Part shown: positions 13,021 through 26,600 of the stretch, piece by piece
Layout of the letters: every line of letters begins with the position of its first letter
How positions within the stretch are numbered: position 1 is the first letter of the stretch
Assembly (NCBI GenBank): GCA_964247055.1
Contig: OZ176052.1
Span: forward strand, 248,001 to 312,000
Origin: Paragordius varius
Taxonomy: Eukaryota; Animalia; Nematomorpha
DNA: 64,000 nt
Direction: 5' to 3'
Notes under the pieces: generated by a model
Databases searched by the model: none
What the model was told of the DNA's origin: nothing
Seen by the model: only the letters and a program-made list of their open reading frames with translations
Position numbers and translations under genes: made by a program

Positions 13021-13398
13021 CACAATCATTAAAAACAATTTGAAAACTTTTGAACAATATAACATCAAAATGTTCGAAATTATAAATTTTTTTTATATTT
13101 TTATAACATTTTTAATATGAACAAAATTTGTTTAACATAAGCTACTGTAATACCAATTAGCCAACAATAGAGTGATTAGGCCAAAACAAATATGCTTATC
13201 GTATGTTAAATGGATAAATTTTTGCTGTAAACGAGATCGAATCCAAAAAATAAAAAAGGCGTAATTTACTGATCTAAATGTCGATTAGAATTTACTAATT
13301 AAAATTGCTTTAAAAGGTTTTATAAGTACTCAGTGGACAAAAATACAAATTACAAATATATTGTAATGTTCATTAGTCTTAAAAAACGGGTGGATTAA

Positions 13399-13720
13399 CA
13401 CTTGATTACAACGTTTTCTTTTCAGTGTCTCGATTCAAATTGGGGTATTTAGTTACCCTGGCTTGTTTATTAAGTATTTCAAAAAATATGGAATAAATTA
13501 ATAACCTAGTAAAATCTTGCACTTATATAGCATTAATGACTAGAAATATAATAAAATATTTATTCAAAAATACTTAATATTAGCCAACAAGACATCTGTG
13601 CATAAGCCAAATATCAAATACCACTTTTTCTGCTATTTTATTAATGTTTAATATGTTTTACTAAAAAAGTAAACCTGTTTTAGCCTTATGTAATAAAAAC
13701 ACGATATTTTGCTAAAGAAG
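13399..13720 (+). mobile_element. Partial piggyBac-like MITE
   Basis: TTAA followed by CACTTGATTACAAC; matches the left part of 62942-63486; paralog at ~21340-21680. Confidence 0.6.
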
Positions 13721-15358
13721 TGATAATAAAAATATGCCGGATGCTCAACATTAATTTTATATAGCCGTATGCCAAAGAAACTTTAAAGTGAATGCGGAAT
13801 TTTAAAAATAGCAATTGTATTATAAAGGAATATTATAACTGGAACTTATAGATAAAAGATAATGAATATGAATGCGGCATATTAACAAGATTTTACAAAG
13901 GGAATATTTTAATTATAACATTGATTTATGAAAATTGAATTTTATTGGTCTTTAAGTGTTAAAATAATATTATGAAAGGTGGATTTAAATATCACACATA
14001 TTTAATAAATACCAATTGGAATTTATGATCTAAAATAAAAAGATAACCTCTCATTAAAAACGGAATTACATCTTACTAGCAAAACACACATTATAAAGTT
14101 TAATAATGCTTTATACGAAATCGTATTAAACAAAATAAGTACTGTAACAGTATGATAAATATGCACTCGGTTAAATTAAGTTAGAATATATATATACGTT
14201 ATATCTTAAAGAATGTTATGCTATAAAATTAACCTATTAATATAAATTTATAATATAATCGATAAGATTTATTTTACCTGTAAAATATCAAATATTTCTT
14301 ATTTTATTTTATACTTGTCTTATATATAAAACTTATCATTATATCCCTAGAAGTCAACCCGAACCCCCACGTAACTAGACGGCTATCACTGAACCACCAT
14401 TGACTGGTGTATGGAAGGGCCGCAAGGGACCTCTTTTGTGGACAGTGGTGATGTGGGTTTGCTACACCCTTTTTTTGTTACACCTTGATCACCATTAGAA
14501 ATATAAATTTTATATTTATACTTTAGGAATATGGATGATTCTATTTGTATAAAGTGCAATTTAAAGATGATGAAGTTTTACGGTAACTCGGAAAGCCTTT
14601 TATAATAAAGGTTAAGTCCCTTTTTATACTAAATTTATATTTTTATTTGGGTTATTGTCAATCGATAAAATTATTATTTTTTATCGTTAACTTTTTATTT
14701 TATTAAAACCAATAATCAACAGCTTAATCAACCAATCTTTGATACAAAAATCAAACAATGTCCTTTCCAATGCACAGCTTATGTACGGTATTTTTAAGTC
14801 CTTCTTTTCATATATTAATCAAATTTAATACACTATTTTACAATAAATAAGTATTAAAACCTATTTATTATTTTATATATAATGCAAATATTTGCAATCA
14901 TAAAAATTTTGGAAAAAGTTTTAAAAGTATTTTTTTAATTATTACGGCCACACAGGACGATTCTTACCCCATTCTTAAGCTTTAAGTCTTAGTGTAGGAG
15001 GGATGTAATATTATTCTTCACGGATTCTAATAACATTGCGCATAATACTAAATTTATGGTAAGCAAAAATGTGTGCATAATTATAAAATTCGCAAACCAA
15101 TTAATGATTTATGATAACAGCACGATAAGTTATAATCTATACATTGGTATACATTTTTATATTATAATTATATCTTATCACCCTTAACTATGTTTGTCAT
15201 TTAGACATAATATTTTTGATTACATACTCTTATTTTTAGAATAATGTTATTTTTCGGAGTCGCCTTTTATTGATATACATTTAAAAAAAATAATAAAAAA
15301 AAATAAATTCGTTATAACACGACATTTTTTTTTAAATTTCAATATTTTATTGTAACAA

Positions 15359-15459
15359 TTGACCCGATGGGCATGGATAGGCGAATTTAGAACTGCCTCT
15401 CCAAAATCTGGTTAAGGAACCTCTTTAGAGGTAGTGTTAATATTAAGCTGAAAAACAAA
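15359..15459 (-). pseudogene. U2: Degenerate U2 snRNA 3' portion (duplicate of 8292-8405)
   Basis: TCAGCTTAATAT, CTCTAAAGAGG and GCCTATCC..CCCATCGGGTCAA on the minus strand. Confidence 0.7.
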
Positions 15460-16330
15460 TATTTATTTAACAACTTATTAACTTTAGGGATAGTTTTATA
15501 TCCCAAAGATTTTTACAATATGAATAATTAAAATTATTTAAGGTATTAAGCAGAATTTAAAAATTGCCTTCTTTAATCTTTATGGTGCGCATAAAAAAAA
15601 TTTAAACGATCTAAAATTGTATATAATTGCTCATATCACATTTTTACCGCCATTTTTCTATAAATTTTAATTCGCCAATTAACTGTCAAACATATATTAT
15701 AGTTGGCAAATGTAAATATTTAACTTTAAAAAGCTTTCAGGCTAAATTTTATCAGCAAAAACTTGATATATTTGGTTTTAATATCAGCTGTTCGTTTAAT
15801 AGTGTTTTATAGGTGTTTCAGTTTAAAACTTTAGAAGTCATAAAATTGAAATATACAAGCTTTTCTATTTAATACAAGAGAAATTGATAATTAAATTTTA
15901 ACTGGAATAATTTTCAAAACTGTAATTTATTAACAAAATTGAGTTTTGGGATATAAAACTATGTAAATTATGACAAAAAAAGTTAATCAAGTGTTAAATA
16001 TATTTGTGTGTTTTTACATTATCCCATATGGAATATATCTGAAGTAAAAGAATATTGAGAATAAATTGAGTATTTTATAGATTATTTGAAATAAGGGGGT
16101 GGTTTATTTCCTAAATTATTTGATACAAAGGATCTCCATATTTCTGAGCTATAGAAAATGGTATTGCTTACCATTTGCTTGCGAATTTTCTGAACATCTA
16201 GCGGTGAGCAGGGTTTATTAAGAATAATATTTTTTGGTTGCCATGCACCTAATGCTCCTACGATTAGTGGAAGAACCCGGATTGTTTTAAATTGGGATTG
16301 TAATTGCGGAATAAGATATTTTTTTTTTGT
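15460..16330 (-). mobile_element. 5'-truncated Utopia-like element (subfamily D)
   Basis: ORF 16082-16366 encodes KYLIPQL..VLPLIVGALGAWQPKN..TIFYSSEIW. Confidence 0.75.
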
Positions 16331-16524
16331 TTTTGGAGTTTTGATATAAATAGAAAAGTGGCCCAATTTTTATAAAAACTATAAAAACTGATTTGTTTAA
16401 AACTTAAACATACACAACATCATCATCCTTATAAACTTTTCATTTTTCTATCATCATTTTTTAATGAACTTTGTTAATGAATATTTGTTTTAAAAAGGTT
16501 TTTTAAACGGTTTTAATGATTGTG

Positions 16525-16666
16525 TTTGGGCTCCTGGAGATACTGCAATACTAGGTTTGACCCGATGGGGAATAATAGGCAAGCTTTCCTCAAAATTGCC
16601 AAAAATTAACTTAGTATCATGGACCTCTTTAGATGTCGTATCAGATATTAAAATTATAGGAAGAGA
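16525..16666 (-). pseudogene. U2: U2 snRNA 3' half
   Basis: Minus strand TAATATCTGATACGACATCTAAAGAGGTCC..ATTTTTGG..GTATTGCAGTATCTCCAGG. Confidence 0.88.
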
Positions 16667-18545
16667 TTTTTATTTATTTTATATAAAATATATGTATAAT
16701 AATATAAGTTGATCATTTTTGGCTATCAAATGAAGACTTACGAATTTAAATTTAAAATTTTAATAAATTTAGTTATAAAATATTTGACTTGTAAAATAAT
16801 AGCTACCAATAGGGGGAAAAAATAGGAGAGAAAAATACCGGACGTACGGAGTTAGAAAAAAACTCTCCCAAAGCAATCTTTGTTTGATCCAGTTGGTTGG
16901 TTTGATTCTTTCACTATTTCGTTTTCATTCAACTGTTGTATTGTTGGATTGACCGCAGTAACATGGCTGAGTCCTAATGTCATTTGTGATGGTGATTGAA
17001 AATGAATACCATTGGTTGGGTGGATACATGTTTCGGCAGTGGCTAGAGAATTGACGGTCGGGTTCGAGGTTACATCTCTGTCGGGAAGTTTCTCCATTTT
17101 TAAACTCGACCAGAACTGAGAACGGAGTAACTTTGTGTAATATGCTGCAACCTTTCGTCGTTTTTCGGATACCATAATCCTAAACTTCCGACGACTAGTA
17201 GAAGTATCTTGATTTCGTTTGGGTCATGCAATAAGGGAATTAAGGCCTATTTTTTTCTACCTTATTGTCCCAACCGTGGCCAAGGCCCCTAACCGATCAT
17301 CGAAAGAAAATTATCCTCCGGTATTTAACCACTAAATCCGGTTTAAGGGGGAGAGAAGCTGGGTAGGAGTTCTCGGATATAATTTAAACTCTGCTTTAAG
17401 TATATTGACGATGGAATCATATTGAGCTCTCCATGCGCGGGAATATCTTATACAATGAATAAAAATAAGGGGTAAAGTTTTTAGGTAACGCCCGCATCTA
17501 CGACATGAGTGGTTGAGAAGAACCTGGACGCGCGTTTGTAGGAAGTAGTTTTAGTCGGTGCTCGATAAATGAATCTCCAAACCACGGAAAGAAATACCTG
17601 ACTCGGAGGTTATGAATGAGAAGCTGACGAGGTAAGCCGCCTCGATGGCACGACCTTGGGATCGAAACGCGATAAGGTTGTTTAAAAACGAACAAGTATA
17701 TTTAGAATAAATTGTACGAACAAGTGCGCGACGGGAGAACGGGTCAATATTAAGGTTTTCACCTTTTATAAAAAAGTGGGAATCGGAGTATTCCCACTGA
17801 AGCCCGAGGCGCGTGGATGCCAAGCGTGATCTGAAGATGTTAGAGACACCAAAAAAATCTAATTTATTTGACTGAGAGAAAATCAGAGATATCGGATTCA
17901 GAAGGGGTTTCGACTTTAGTTCTTTGGGAAATGGTAGCTATAAGGGTAGAGAAGGCGTGTTCGGAAATGGACGGATCAGAGCTGGAAAGAAGCTTAAAAG
18001 CTGAATCTAGTCTTTAAATATTAGAAAGAAGGGATGTTTTGGGAATACCTAGACCGCCTTTAGAGACTGGAATATAAAAGTAGTTTGTGGAGGCTCCCTG
18101 GGGAAACAATGTGATTTTATTTATTATATTACGAATTCGGGAATCTATTTTATTTAAGTCTAGACACCGATCCCATACGAAATTTATCTGTCAGTGTTGG
18201 GAAGACAAATGTTTTTAAGGCATCTAGAATCTGCCATGGTTTCAGGTTAGATGAAACTGGTTTCTATTGCCAAAAGGAGATCCGATAAGTCGGGTGGAAC
18301 CAGCAAGCCTATTGGTTTTCCAAGGTAATCGTGGGCCTGGCCTTTCTGCAGAAGTGGATATACCTCACTGAGTAGGCTTGAAGTTTGTTGTAGATAGGTT
18401 AATTCATATTCCGGCCTAGAAAAGAGTTAGCCAAGCTTGCACCAGACTTAATATCATCACTATTATTGGATATGACACCATGTCATCTGCATAAGCGAGA
18501 CAAGTGGTGTCATTAGTGTTGTGCAGTATTCCTTTAATTACAATA
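16667..18545 (-). mobile_element. Utopia-like remnant (subfamily B), end of RT to 3' end
   Basis: CLAYADD at ~18480-18510 (minus), SQGRAIEAA (ORF 17551-17823) and RLE remnants; 3' end abuts U2. Confidence 0.88.
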
Positions 18546-18549
18546 TACT

Positions 18550-20831
18550 AGTGGGCGACGCCGCTAATCCAACCAACCTTAAGATTCGCTTTTAGATACC
18601 AGCTACAAAATTTCGCTAATATATTTTCAAGTCCCTCTCCACTTATCTACTAAAAACATTATTGTTCCCCCCCCCCCCCCATTAGAAATGATTTATGCTC
18701 ACGATTAGATTCTCCAACATATATCTCTCATTTGGCAAAAATTGTCTTCGGCCAGACAACATCAACGCTCATGCGTCCTTCTGTGGCTCCATGTTCCCGA
18801 TTTTGTTTCCGTCCAGCATTTCGGAGGCCCATTGCGGTATGGGTATTTCTGATAACTTGTTTTAATTTTGTCTAATCCTTTTTTGATTCTTCGCACATTC
18901 TAAACGAACTTCTTAAGAGCTCGCCAAGCATGTCCTCTTTTCCCACTACTTTTTGATTTTGTTATTGATCCCCTGAGATCCTCCCTGAACAACACTCATG
19001 ACGCCACTTGTCTCGCTTATGCAGATGACTTGGTGATCATCCAATAATAATGATAATATTAATTCTGGTGCAAGCTTAACTCTTTTCTAGGCCAGCTTGG
19101 AATACGAATTAACCACTTTATATCCAAATTATAAACTTCAAGCCTACTCAGCGATGTTTATACACTTTACATCTAGAGATAGATGGACACGTGGTTCCCT
19201 CACTGCAGGAAGGTCAAGCCCATGATTATTTAGGAATACCGATAGGATTGCTGGTTTCTCCTTACAACTAATCGGATCTATTACTAGCACTGGAAACCAT
19301 AGTTTCATGTACCTTAAACTATGGGAGATGCTGGATGCCTTAGAAACGTACGTATTCCTAACACTGACACATAATAATGTATGGGATCGGTGTCCAAATC
19401 TGATTTAAATAAAATAGAGTCCAAAATTCGTAATACTATAAGGAAAATCACCGCTTCCCCAGGGAGCCTCCACAAAATATTTTTACATCCCAGAGTCTAA
19501 AGGGGTTAGGCGTCCCTAAAGATCTCTTCTTTCTGCTATTTACAGACTAGATTCAGCCTTTAAGCTCTTTCCAGCTCTGATCCGTCCATTTCCGAACACG
19601 CCTTCTCTACCCTTATAGCTACCATTTCCCAAAGAACTAAAGTCGAAACCCCTTCTGAATCCGATATCTCTGATTTTCTCTCAGGTTCAAATAAATTAGA
19701 ATCTTTTGGTGTTTCCAACATCTTCAGCCAATCACGCTTGGCATCCACGCGGATCGGGCTCCAATGGGAATACTCCAATTTCCACTTTTTTATAAAAGGT
19801 GCAAACCTTAATATTGATCCGTTCTCCCGTCGCGCACTTGTTCGCACAATTTATTCTAAATATACTTGTTCGTTTTTAATCAACCTTATCGCGTTTCGAT
19901 CCCAAGGTCGTGCCATCGAAGTTGCTTACCTCGTCAGCTTCTCATTCATAACATTCGGGTCAGGTATTTCTTTTTGAGATTGAAGATTCATTTATCGAGC
20001 CCCGACTAAATCTACTTCCTCGAACGCGCGTCCAAATTCATCCCACAACCCCTCTTATCGGCGATGCGGGCGTCACCTGGAAACTTTACCCCTTATTTTT
20101 ATTCATTGTTTAAAATATTCCCACGCATGAAAAGCTCGGCATGATTCCATCGTCAGTATACTTAAGCACATTTATCTTGTAGCGTTGAAATTATATCCGA
20201 GAACTCCTCCCCAGCTTCCCTCACTCTTAAACCGGATTGACCTGTCCCTTTAATAATCAGTTGGTGGCCATAACTTGGGACAATAAGGTGAAAAATTATA
20301 CTTCGTTAATGTCCCGATTGTCTCATAACCGAAGTCAAGATATTTTCACTAGTCGTCAGAACTTTAGGATCTTGTTCTCCGAAAAACGACGATATTGCAC
20401 ACAGTCCCTCTATTTTTCGGCTCATCACGGCTTTGGTACGAGTTTAAAAATGGAGGAACTTCCCGACAGAGATGTGACATCGAACCCAATCGTCAATTCT
20501 CTAGCCACTACCGAAACATGTTTCAGAAATGGTGATCATTTTCAATCAACATCACAAATGACGCCAGGACTCAGCAATGTTACTTTGGTTAATCCCTCAT
20601 CAATACAACAGTTTTCGAGTAAAACGGAATTGTGCGAGAATTACACCCCTTTCGAAGAGTTTTTTTCCAACCCCGTATGGGGTTTTTCTCTCCTATTTTT
20701 TTAACGTAAAATATACAAAATTTATTAAAAATTTTAATTTAAATTCCTAAGTCACCACTTCATAGCCAGCATTGATCAATTTATTGAAAAATATGTTATA
20801 ATTAATCACACATATATATAATAAATAAAAA
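18550..20831 (+). mobile_element. Utopia-like remnant (subfamily B), RT to 3' end
   Basis: Same 5' truncation point as 10708 (GGGCGACGC(T/C)GCTAAT); CLAYADD at ~19010; ORFs 19738-19977 and 20237-20704. Confidence 0.9.
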
Positions 20832-20983
20832 TCTGTTCTTATAAGTTTATTATCTGATACGACCTCTAAAGAGGTCCATAATATTAAATTTATTTTTGGA
20901 AATTTTGGAGAGGCGCTCTGCGCTTGCCTATCTCTCATTATCTGGTCACCCTGGTATTGCAGTACCTCCAGGAGTGGCGCAAA
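20832..20983 (+). pseudogene. U2: U2 snRNA 3' half
   Basis: TCTGTTCTTAT..ATCTGATACGACCTCTAAAGAGGTCC..TTATTTTTGG..CCTGGTATTGCAGTACCTCCAGG. Confidence 0.93.
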
Positions 20984-22653
20984 CACTTAAAAACGATTTG
21001 GAAACTTTTCAATATAAAGTTCGAAATTATACAATTTTTTTGTATTTTTACAACATTTTTAATACGAAAAAAATTTGTTTAACACAAGCTACTGTATTAC
21101 CAATTAGCCAACAATAGAGTGATTAGGCCAAAACAAATGTGCATATCGTATGTTAAATGGAATTTTTGCTGTAAACGAGATCGAATCCAAAAAATAAAAA
21201 AAGCGTAATTAACTGATCATAAAATATGTCGATTAGAATGTACTAATTAAAATTGCTTTAAAAGGTTTTATAAGTACTCAGTGGACAAAAAAACAAATTA
21301 CAAAATCATTTGTTTTGAATAAACGCGTAAATTAAAACTTGGTTGCAACGCATTCATTTCAGTCCTTCGATTCAAATTGGGGTAGTTAGTTGCTTATTTC
21401 AACTTAAATATTTAAAAAAATATGGAATAAATTGTAACCCTTTGAAAATTTTGCACTTATATATCATTAATGAATCGAAATATAATAAAATATTCATTCA
21501 AAAATACCTAATATTACTTATTCAGAGGTAAAACCCAAAAGTAAAAATTTAGCCAACATGACGCATGTGTATAAGCTAATTATAAATATAGTGAATATAC
21601 CACTTTTTCTGTATTAATGTCAAATATGATTTTACTATAAAAGTAAACTTAATTTTACCTTATAAAATAAACAAGATATTTTGCAAAAAAAGTAATGATA
21701 AACCTATGCCGGATGCTCAACAATAATTTTATATAGGCGTTTGCCAAAGATAACACTTCAAAGTTAATGGAGAAATTTAAATTACAACTAGAATTTATAG
21801 ATAAAAGATAATGAATATGAATGCGGCATATTAACAAGATCTTACAGAGAAGAAGTTATAATTATGAAATATTATATGGTCTATAAATGAAAATTAATAA
21901 TATACAGAACGAAAATTACATATTACTAGCAAAACACACACTAATCAAAGTTAAATAATGATTTACAAAATCTTATTAAGCAAGATAAATACTGAACAGT
22001 ATGATACATATGCACTCGGTTAAATTAAGTTAGAATATACGTTATATCTTAAAGAATGTTATGCTATAAAATTAACCTATTAATATAAATTTAGAATATA
22101 ATCGATAAGATTTATTTTACCTGTAAAATATCAAATATTTCTTCATTTTATTTTATACATGTTTTATATATAAAACTTATCATTATATCCCTAGAAGTCA
22201 ACCCAAACCCGTAACTAGACGGCTATCACTGAACCACCTTGACTGGTGTATGGAAGGGCAGCAAGGGACGTCTTTTGTGGACAGTGGTGATGTGGGTTTG
22301 CTACACCCTTTTTTTGTTACACCTTGATCACCATTAAGAAATATAAATTTTATATTTGTTTGTTCAATATATTTTAAATTTTTTAATATTATTAATTTTT
22401 TCACGCCTTCAGGAATTTTTTTTTACTTTTTAGGCATTAAAATCGTAAAAGTAATATTTTTTGCCATGGTCCATTTTATCATTAATTATTGTTATTCACG
22501 CAAGTATGTTCACTTTGTTAAAATATAATACATCACTTCTTAAATTTTTTTGGTCCCTAATGTGGTATATATAGAAGTGGCTTCATATAGATACACACTA
22601 TAAAAACTGATTTTATCATTTTGTTAAAAAAATCAAATTGATTTTGATGATTG

Positions 22654-22799
22654 TTGGGGCGGCATCTGGAGATACTGCAATACCATGTTGACCCGATCGA
22701 GGGTATATGCAGGCCCAAAGCGCTTCCCCAAAATCTCCAAAAAATTGATATTTGGACTTCTTTAGAGGTTGTATCAGGTATTAGGCTGATAAGAAGAGA
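22654..22799 (-). pseudogene. U2: U2 snRNA 3' half
   Basis: Minus strand TCTCTTCTTATCAGCCTAATACCTGATAC..TTTTTTGGAGATTTTGGGGAAGCG..GGTATTGCAGTATCTCCAG. Confidence 0.88.
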
Positions 22800-25012
22800 A
22801 TGATTTCATTACATATGCAATTATATTATATTAATTAGATATGGAAGAAAATGTCACGAAGAAGGAAAAAAAGAATGAATATAAATGGTGTGTTTGATAC
22901 TATAGTAATAACTTATTCATATTTATTAAGATTTTTTGATGTATGGATGGGATTAGATCCAATATAATTATTGTATACAAATTCATACATCTGAGCTATA
23001 GAAAATGGTGCAGCTTGCCATCATTTTCCGGATTGTGGAAGCCTCTTGGGCTGGGCAATTTGTTGATGATAAAATGATTTTTTGGATGCCCAGCACCAAT
23101 AGCTCCTAATACCAGAGGTTCTATTTCAACCTTCTTATAATGTGTTTGCATTATAGATATTAGAGGGTTGTATTTGTCAATTTTTTGTTATATGCCTCCG
23201 TTAGGGACTGATATCTGTTTTTAAATGGATAGACGGCATCTATTATATAACAGATATCTTTGTTGAGTAATATTAGGCCAGGTTATAATAATAGATGTGT
23301 CGAGTAGGTGTTTTCATTCATTATTGTTGTATCCTTTGTTTTTCTAAAATATCCAAACAAGCGTTGTGTCGCCTAATCCAGTGCGGAGAGTATTGGAGGC
23401 AACGATTTAACACATGTGGGAGTGTTTCATTAGTCTTCCTACATCTCCTGCACATTGGATTTTTGGCTGATCCTGGACGGCTATTCACGGGCAGCAGATT
23501 AAGGCGTGCTTTATGAATAAACCGCCAGCATAGATGTATATGTGCCCGAAAGGGTAAAGTTGTATTAGGATGAGCATCCAGTAGTTTTGATCTGTATTTC
23601 ATTATTGAAGTATTGGTTTAACTCAGTATCGTTAGTGGAGGTTGAGTTTGTATGTTTAGCTATTGTATGTTTATGATGGATTTTAGCTTGGTCTGCCAAT
23701 ATTTCATCGGGAGAAGTGAGGAGTTTGTAGGTTGAGTCAATTATATATGCATCATGTAGAATACCAAGCTGAGATAAACCGAGACCGCCTGCTTTTGTGG
23801 GTGCATAGAAATAATTGGTATTGGCACTGGCGGGTAAGGCTGTAATTTTTTTGATCAGGGATCGAATTTTATTATCAGATTTGGTTAGCTCGGTTTTTTT
23901 ATTGCTTCCATTCTGAGAGAGTGGATAATGGTTGGAAATATGAATGTTTTAAGGAAGTCTAATTTCTGCCACGGTGCCAGATTTGATTGTGTTATATTGT
24001 CTACCAGGTTATTCAGTTCATGGGTATTTTTAGGGGGTGCTAAAGGTGAAATTGGTTTGCCAAGGTAAGAGATGGATTTTCCTTCTGGGATTTGTTCGAG
24101 GATTTGATTATGTATGGTTATATTAGGATTTGGCGAGTTAATACATAGAAGAGATTTGTTCGCATTGATTGTTATGTTATGGGTTTGAAGCCATTGTTCT
24201 GCGGTGTGGATAGTTTTCTGGAGAGCATCTACTTGGTGTGCGATGATTACCAAATCATCGGCATATGCTAGGGGTTTGGTGGATATGTTCAGCAACTCCA
24301 AGAGTGGGTTGATGGCCAGGTTAAATAAGGTTCCGGAGACAGGGCAGCCCTGTTTAATGCCCTTTTGAAATGGAATAGGATATGTCAGTCCGCCTTGTGT
24401 ATAGATTTGGGTTTTAGAATTAGTTATATTTTGAATGATTATATTTTTTAGTAATGTTTTTATTGGAAGTTGATTAATTGTATTGATAAGTATGTTGTGC
24501 GGAATCGAATAGGCTTTGATAATATCAAGAAATGCTATTAATAGTCTATGTTTATCTTGTTTCGCACTCTTTATTTTTTGTTCAATCACATAGTTGTGCT
24601 CAAATACTCCATAGGGCATAAAGCCTTTTTGATTAGGGTGAATTAGAGATTTGTCAATTATGGATTTCAATAGGGTTTGGTTGACATATTTAAAAAAGAT
24701 TCTATATAGTGTGTTGGAAATAGTTATTGGTCTAAAATTTTTTATTTCATTAATGTTACCGGATTTGTGTATTAGGATTGTTTTGGAAGAGAGCCAGTCA
24801 TCAGGTAATGTCCCTAGCTGAATTATTTTATCAAATATTGTTTTTATGATTGGTGAATGTGTCTCTATTTTTAGCCAGGTGGTAGGTGTAATACCGTTTG
24901 GGCCTGGTGAGGTTGATTTAGACCTTAGGAGCTGTTTGGTAACTTCATTATAAGATAATGGAAATGGGGAAAATGGTACAGGTTGTGGTTGATGTAGATT
25001 GGGGGATCAATA
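22800..25012 (-). mobile_element. Utopia-like remnant (subfamily C), RT to 3' end
   Basis: SPGPNG, ORF 23885-24670 (QKGF, FLDI.KA, KGIKQGCP.SG, LAYADD, YLG), ORF 23321-23602 (CRRC..ETLPHVLNRC) and RLE tail; 3' end abuts U2. Confidence 0.92.
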
Positions 25013-26270
25013 AAAAAACCGAGCTAACTAAATCAGATAATAAACTGGGGACAATACCCGATGACTGGCTTTGTTCCAAAACAATTCTAATACACAAAAG
25101 GGGTACCATTAATGATATAAAAAACTTTAGACCCATAACTATTTCTAACACACTCTATATAATTTTTTTAAATATGTCTAACCAAACCTTACTGAAAACC
25201 ATAATAGATAAAACTTTAATTCACCCTAATTAAAAAGGATTTATGCCCTTTGATGGAATATTAGAGCACAACTATGTGATTGAACAAAAAATAAAGAGTG
25301 CGAAACAAGATAAACATAAACTACTAATAGCATTTCTTGATATTATCAAATCCTTTGATTCGATTCCGCACAATATACTTATCAATACAATTAATCAACT
25401 TCTAATAAACACATTACTAAAAATATAATCATTCAAAATATAACTAATTCTAAAACCCAAATCTATACACAAGGCGGACTGACAGATCCTATTGCATTTC
25501 AAAAGGACATTAAACAGGGCTGCCTTGTCTCCGGAACTTTATTTAACCTGGCCATCAACCCACTCTTGGAGTTGCTGAACATATCCACCAAACCCCTAGC
25601 ATATGCCGATGATTTGGTAATCATCGCACACCAAGTAGATGCTCTCCAGAAAACTATTCCCACCGCAGAGCAATGGCTTCAAACCCATAACATAACAATC
25701 AATGCGAACAAATCTCTTCTATGTATTAACTCGCCAAATCCTAATATAACCATACATAATCAAATCCTCGAACAAATCCCAGAAGGAAAATCCATCTCTT
25801 ACCTTGGCAAACCAATTTCACCTTTAGCACCCCCTAAAAATACCCATGAACTGAATAACCTGGTAGACAATATAACACAATCAAATCTGGCACCGTGGCA
25901 GAAATTAGACTTCCTTAAAACATTCATATTTCCAACCATTATCCACTCTCTCAGAATGGAAGCAATAAAAAAACCGAGCTAACCAAATCAGATAATAAAA
26001 TTCGTTCCCAGAAAAAAATAACAGCATTACCCCCCACAGCTAATACTAACTATTTCTATGCCCCCACCAAAGCATACGGACTTGGTCTGCCACAGCTAGC
26101 AAACCTATGACAACTTTTTAATTGATTCAACTTACAAATTATTAACGTCTCCTGATCAATATTTAGCAGCTCAAGCCATTAATGATTTAAAACATACCGT
26201 ATCTAAACATACAAAGTCAACCACCACTAACGATATTCAATTAAACCAATACTTAAAATTACACTTGTAA
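25013..26270 (+). mobile_element. Utopia-like RT fragment (subfamily C), inverted arm
   Basis: ORFs 24958-25233, 25243-25428 and 25566-25982 repeat the RT domain of the minus-strand copy. Confidence 0.92.
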
Positions 26271-26279
26271 CAACGTTGC

Positions 26280-26600
26280 CCATTTGCATCTCATCTATTA
26301 ATCGGATGTCGCTCTGTGTAACTCTTTCTTGTGGGATCCACACTCTTGGAAACAAATCGAGGGTCCGGCCATCTCTAGTAATGTCAATGATCACTTTTAT
26401 ATTGACCCGTGGAAAATCGAATATGTAACTCTCTCTCTCTCTCAAGGATATTTATCCCTATTAAGAAATCATCACTAAATAGTATGCCACGTGCCTCAAA
26501 ATCACTATCATCAACGATCCTTTTTAAAACATAGCTTATGATTGATTTGCCTTCATATCTTGTCTTTATAAAAAATTCCTCTCTGTTCAACCATAAACTT
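26280..26600 (-). pseudogene. Possible retropepsin-like (LTR retroelement protease) remnant
   Basis: DFLIGINILER..YIFDFP.VNIKV resembles the C-terminal D.LLG.D.L....IDF pattern of retroviral-type aspartic proteases; no D(S/T)G motif was found. Confidence 0.3.

Larger units (their letters stand above)
5150..22357. repeat. Tandem segmental duplication: unit 1 ~5150-14505 (contains the hAT), unit 2 ~14505-22357
   Basis: Colinear blocks: 5150-5779 vs 14505-15130; 8086-9960 vs 15130-17070; 10708-14505 vs 18550-22357. The last ~350 bp of the two units are nearly identical. Confidence 0.9.

Noticed and set aside
14350-14490. GC-richer repeated block read as a structured ncRNA or as the minus-strand ORF 22198-22404
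   Set aside because: A stem can be drawn but it is not preserved in the third copy at ~40820-40960, and substitutions fit a plus-strand codon pattern (DVGLLHP) better.
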